Part shown: piece after piece, positions 61,190-64,000 of the stretch
Layout of the letters: each line of letters starts with the position of its first letter
Numbering within the stretch: the first letter of the stretch is position 1
DNA from: Macrostomum hystrix
Lineage: Eukaryota > Animalia > Platyhelminthes
Assembly: GCA_950097015.1 (NCBI GenBank)
Contig: CATNEN010000004.1
Coordinates: 62,001-126,000 of the forward strand
Length of the DNA stretch: 64,000 nucleotides
Direction: 5' to 3'
Notes under the pieces: model-generated
Databases searched by the model: none
Told to the model about the DNA's origin: nothing
What the model saw: the letters and a program-made list of their open reading frames with translations, nothing else
Made by a program: the position numbers and the translations under genes

Positions 61190-62070
61190 GGTGGCCGTGT
61201 GTGTGGTAGACTGGTAGCCCTAGGAGCGGTGAGAAACTGGAAGTCGGGAGTCAGTAGAGTAGGAGCCAGCAGGCCATGTCGGCCTGCTGCTCCCAGAGCT
61301 CCCTGGTCGTAAAGATTGGTGGGTCTCGCCGGGCAATCGGAGAGATGCTGTGCATGGGCTGTGGCCCAACTGCCCGCAGTCTCGGTCTTCGACGCTGGAG
61401 TCCAGGCGGTGCTTAAAGTCGTTCAGCAGCGGACAAAAGCCAGAGCGGAGCCAGGGCGGCAACGGGCTTCGCGGGGTAGGCAGACTTCCGTGGTGCTGAT
61501 GTTGAGGCGTTCGCCAATCACCCTGTTCGGTAGCCGCGGCTCCAGCGCTTGTGCGACCACCCGGGATAGCAGGATAGTCTCTGCGTCGGACCGCGTCGGA
61601 GCAAGCTCACCTGCCTCGCCACATCGGTCGTCATGGTGATGTCTGCTAAACACTGTCAGCTTCAGAGGGCGCCAAGGAGCAGGTTTCTGTGTCAGGGCGT
61701 GGCATGAAGTGCCCCGGGTGCCTGGCTACTTGGTGCCTGGTAAATTTACTGAAAATTTACGAGAAGTTACAACGAGTGCGAACGGACGTCTAGCAGTGCA
61801 ACTTCGTCATGCCGTCAGCGCCGCGCAGTCGGTGATGCTGCGCAGGGTCTGGTTTTGCACTGCCTGCAGCCGTAACCAGAGCGATCGAGTCGGCCAGAAT
61901 CAGCGCCCAGACCGGGGCGGGATACTCCAGCACTGGCCGGCAAATCCGCTCTGTAGGTATCTAGAAGCGTCTGCTTGTCGCTCCCCAAGGAGGTGCCCGT
62001 GGCTATTAACTCTACCGGACAGGACACTACAGGACGTATCATCGCACCGAGTCTGTGAAGTTGCATTGCT
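61190..62070 (-). mobile_element. 5'-truncated, degenerate non-LTR retrotransposon (Ingi/I-group-like) 3' fragment
   Basis: Frameshifted remnants of the RT thumb and C-terminus: GTSLGSDKQTLLDTYRA, LEYPAPVW, WLRLQAVQNQTLRSITDC, PNRVIG...LPREAR, LRSGFCPLLNDFKHRLD, DCG...QHLSDCPARPTNL-TTRELW. Confidence 0.8.
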
Positions 62071-63106
62071 TCAGCTTGGTTTCAGCGTAAGCCGTCAAGG
62101 CTTACTGTATGCAGTATCCAGTATATTCTCAAGATTCTGTTTCTAATTATACTTTTTTTTGCATTTTGGCAGGTTTAGCAGTGCATGGTAGTTAATCAAT
62201 TATTTGGTATTAAAAAGGAGGGGAGTGCGTTATGGTCCTTCTTAAGCTAGCTTACAGGTTAACTGAGAAGTATGGCAAAACAGAAAGAGGCGACCTGACA
62301 CGGTACAAACCAGCCCACATGACGCGCCAATGACCTTTGTGACTTCCGCTAGCTGCTAATTAAGCCTCCAGCTCCCTCCGAGCTCGTGATGCGGTTTGAA
62401 GATCCAATATCCCTGGCTCTAGCAGTGCAGAAGCTCGGGAAATGGGAAAGGCGCGATGCGTTGCCAATCAGCTTACTGCATGCTAACTGCGTAAATGTAT
62501 CAAAGCTTTACTACGAGCTAACTAAGAGCGACATGAGTTGCTCTCTTCGATCTATGCCAATAATTTTCATACACGTCTAACACATTGGAACACATCTAAC
62601 ATTACTCCAGCTGAACATTGCATTTAGCTTTTAGCATTTAGCAGAGACTTTGCGATGCATTTTTTGCAGAACATTTTCTGTATAGTAGGGATATTTTGAG
62701 TATACATTAAATACAGTATACATTACATTAATGTAATGTATCTTAATCATTACGCGCCCTCAAAATTCTACATTGATGCCTGCAAAAAGCAATTATGTTT
62801 ATATTGTCATTATGTAGGAAAATTCCGGGTATCAATGTCGAAAATTCCGGGCTCCATGTTGTATTATAGACGCTGTTTACCATAGACAACAAAAAGAAGG
62901 AGCGTGGGTGAAATCTGGGGGTGTGAAGGCGAAGCCCACACAAGAAGGGGGCAAAGCCCCCACTCTGTATCATAGACAAAAATTTCTTTAAAAAAATTTA
63001 TTTACTTGCCCCGGCTTCCAGAGAAGCGCTGTAATTTTAACTCTGCCAGGATTTAGCAATTTTTTGACGGTCTAACCATGATCAACCATTTAATTAATTT
63101 TCCAAT

Positions 63107-64000
63107 ATGCCTGGAGAAGTTGTCTCCGGTATGTCAACCGAAGAGTTAGCTTGGATATCATCAGAATCGAACAGTCGGTATTTGGAAGAACTAAGCAAGG
63201 AATTCGCGCACAAGATGGAGTCTGAGGAGATTCAAGACGTTCCGGAGGACGTGATGCAGGAGTTGAATCAGCTTGAGCGAGATGGTCTGTCCGATTCTTC
63301 TGCACGGCAGATGAAGGAAAATGTGAACCGCTTCAAGAGATTTTTGGAAGCAAGCAAGCTGTCAACTGACCTGTTACAAAGTCTAAAGTCTATTTTGGCT
63401 GACTATTTACGCTTCTTCTATTTGAGACTGCGAACAAAGGACGAGCAGTACTATGCTCCAGCAAGTCTTATCTGCATTCGAGCCGGACGGCATCGCTTCT
63501 TCTGTCTGAACCGTCCGGATACGAGTATTAATATTATTGCGGACATTGCTTTCGCGAATGCCAATCGGATGTTGGTATCGATGGTTCACAAGTACAAGCT
63601 AGCCAATCAACCAAAATCCCGAAACAGATTTGCTGCAATTGATAATAATGACCTACAGAAAATCATGGGCTATTTTGATAGGTCAAATGGTGTCATACTA
63701 CAGCAGTAGGCCATTTTTCATCTAATTTATTATTTTGGACTGCGTGGACGAGAAACTCTACCAACGCTGACTAAGGAGAGTTTCGTGTTTTTAGAAGATT
63801 CTGAAGGCCGTGACTATGTCGCACTGAATCATGACCTTTTAAGTAAGAATTCGAAGGCATCTCTGAAGAAGACCGAATTCCATGATGCTAAGCAGGCACG
63901 CATGTATTCGGATTCCGAAAATCGAAATTGTCCCGTTGCTGCATTAAAGATGTACCTGCAGTGCCTAAACGACCTGCGCATCGAGTCGCTTTTCCCGAAG
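63107..64000 (+). mobile_element. Crypton-type (DUF3504) tyrosine recombinase ORF with an in-frame TAG at 63707-63709; runs off the window
   Basis: LADYLRFFYLRLRTKDEQYYAPASLICIRAG. After the stop the same frame continues AIFHLIYYFGLRGRE (catalytic Arg motif)...RMYSDSENRNCPVAALKMYL. Confidence 0.85.

Overview
Eukaryotic (metazoan) genomic DNA. It has GT-AG introns, GC-rich exons in AT-rich spacers and many locus-specific tandem arrays. This style resembles the free-living flatworm Macrostomum, which is my inference and is unverified. Genes that can be reconstructed: a GSI/lengsin-like glutamine-synthetase homologue (-), Suv4-20/KMT5B (-), an MFHAS1-like LRR-ROC-COR (ROCO) protein (-) lying head-to-head with an intronless MyD88-like Death+TIR gene (+), an orphan with a 13-aa repeat (+), WAVE/SCAR (+, with a 1-nt frameshift), DNAJB13 (+), an intronless DEG/ENaC channel (-) and an intronless SAM-methyltransferase-fold gene (-). 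Mobile DNA: a tRNA-headed SINE family (4-5 copies), two copies of a ~470-bp MITE-like repeat, a mariner-like TIR, a decayed Ingi/I-type LINE fragment and a Crypton tyrosine-recombinase ORF with one in-frame stop. The most interesting signal is the divergent ROCO plus atypical MyD88-like pair, a candidate TLR-independent innate-immune module. Protein identifications come from motifs recognised by eye; no database searches were run.
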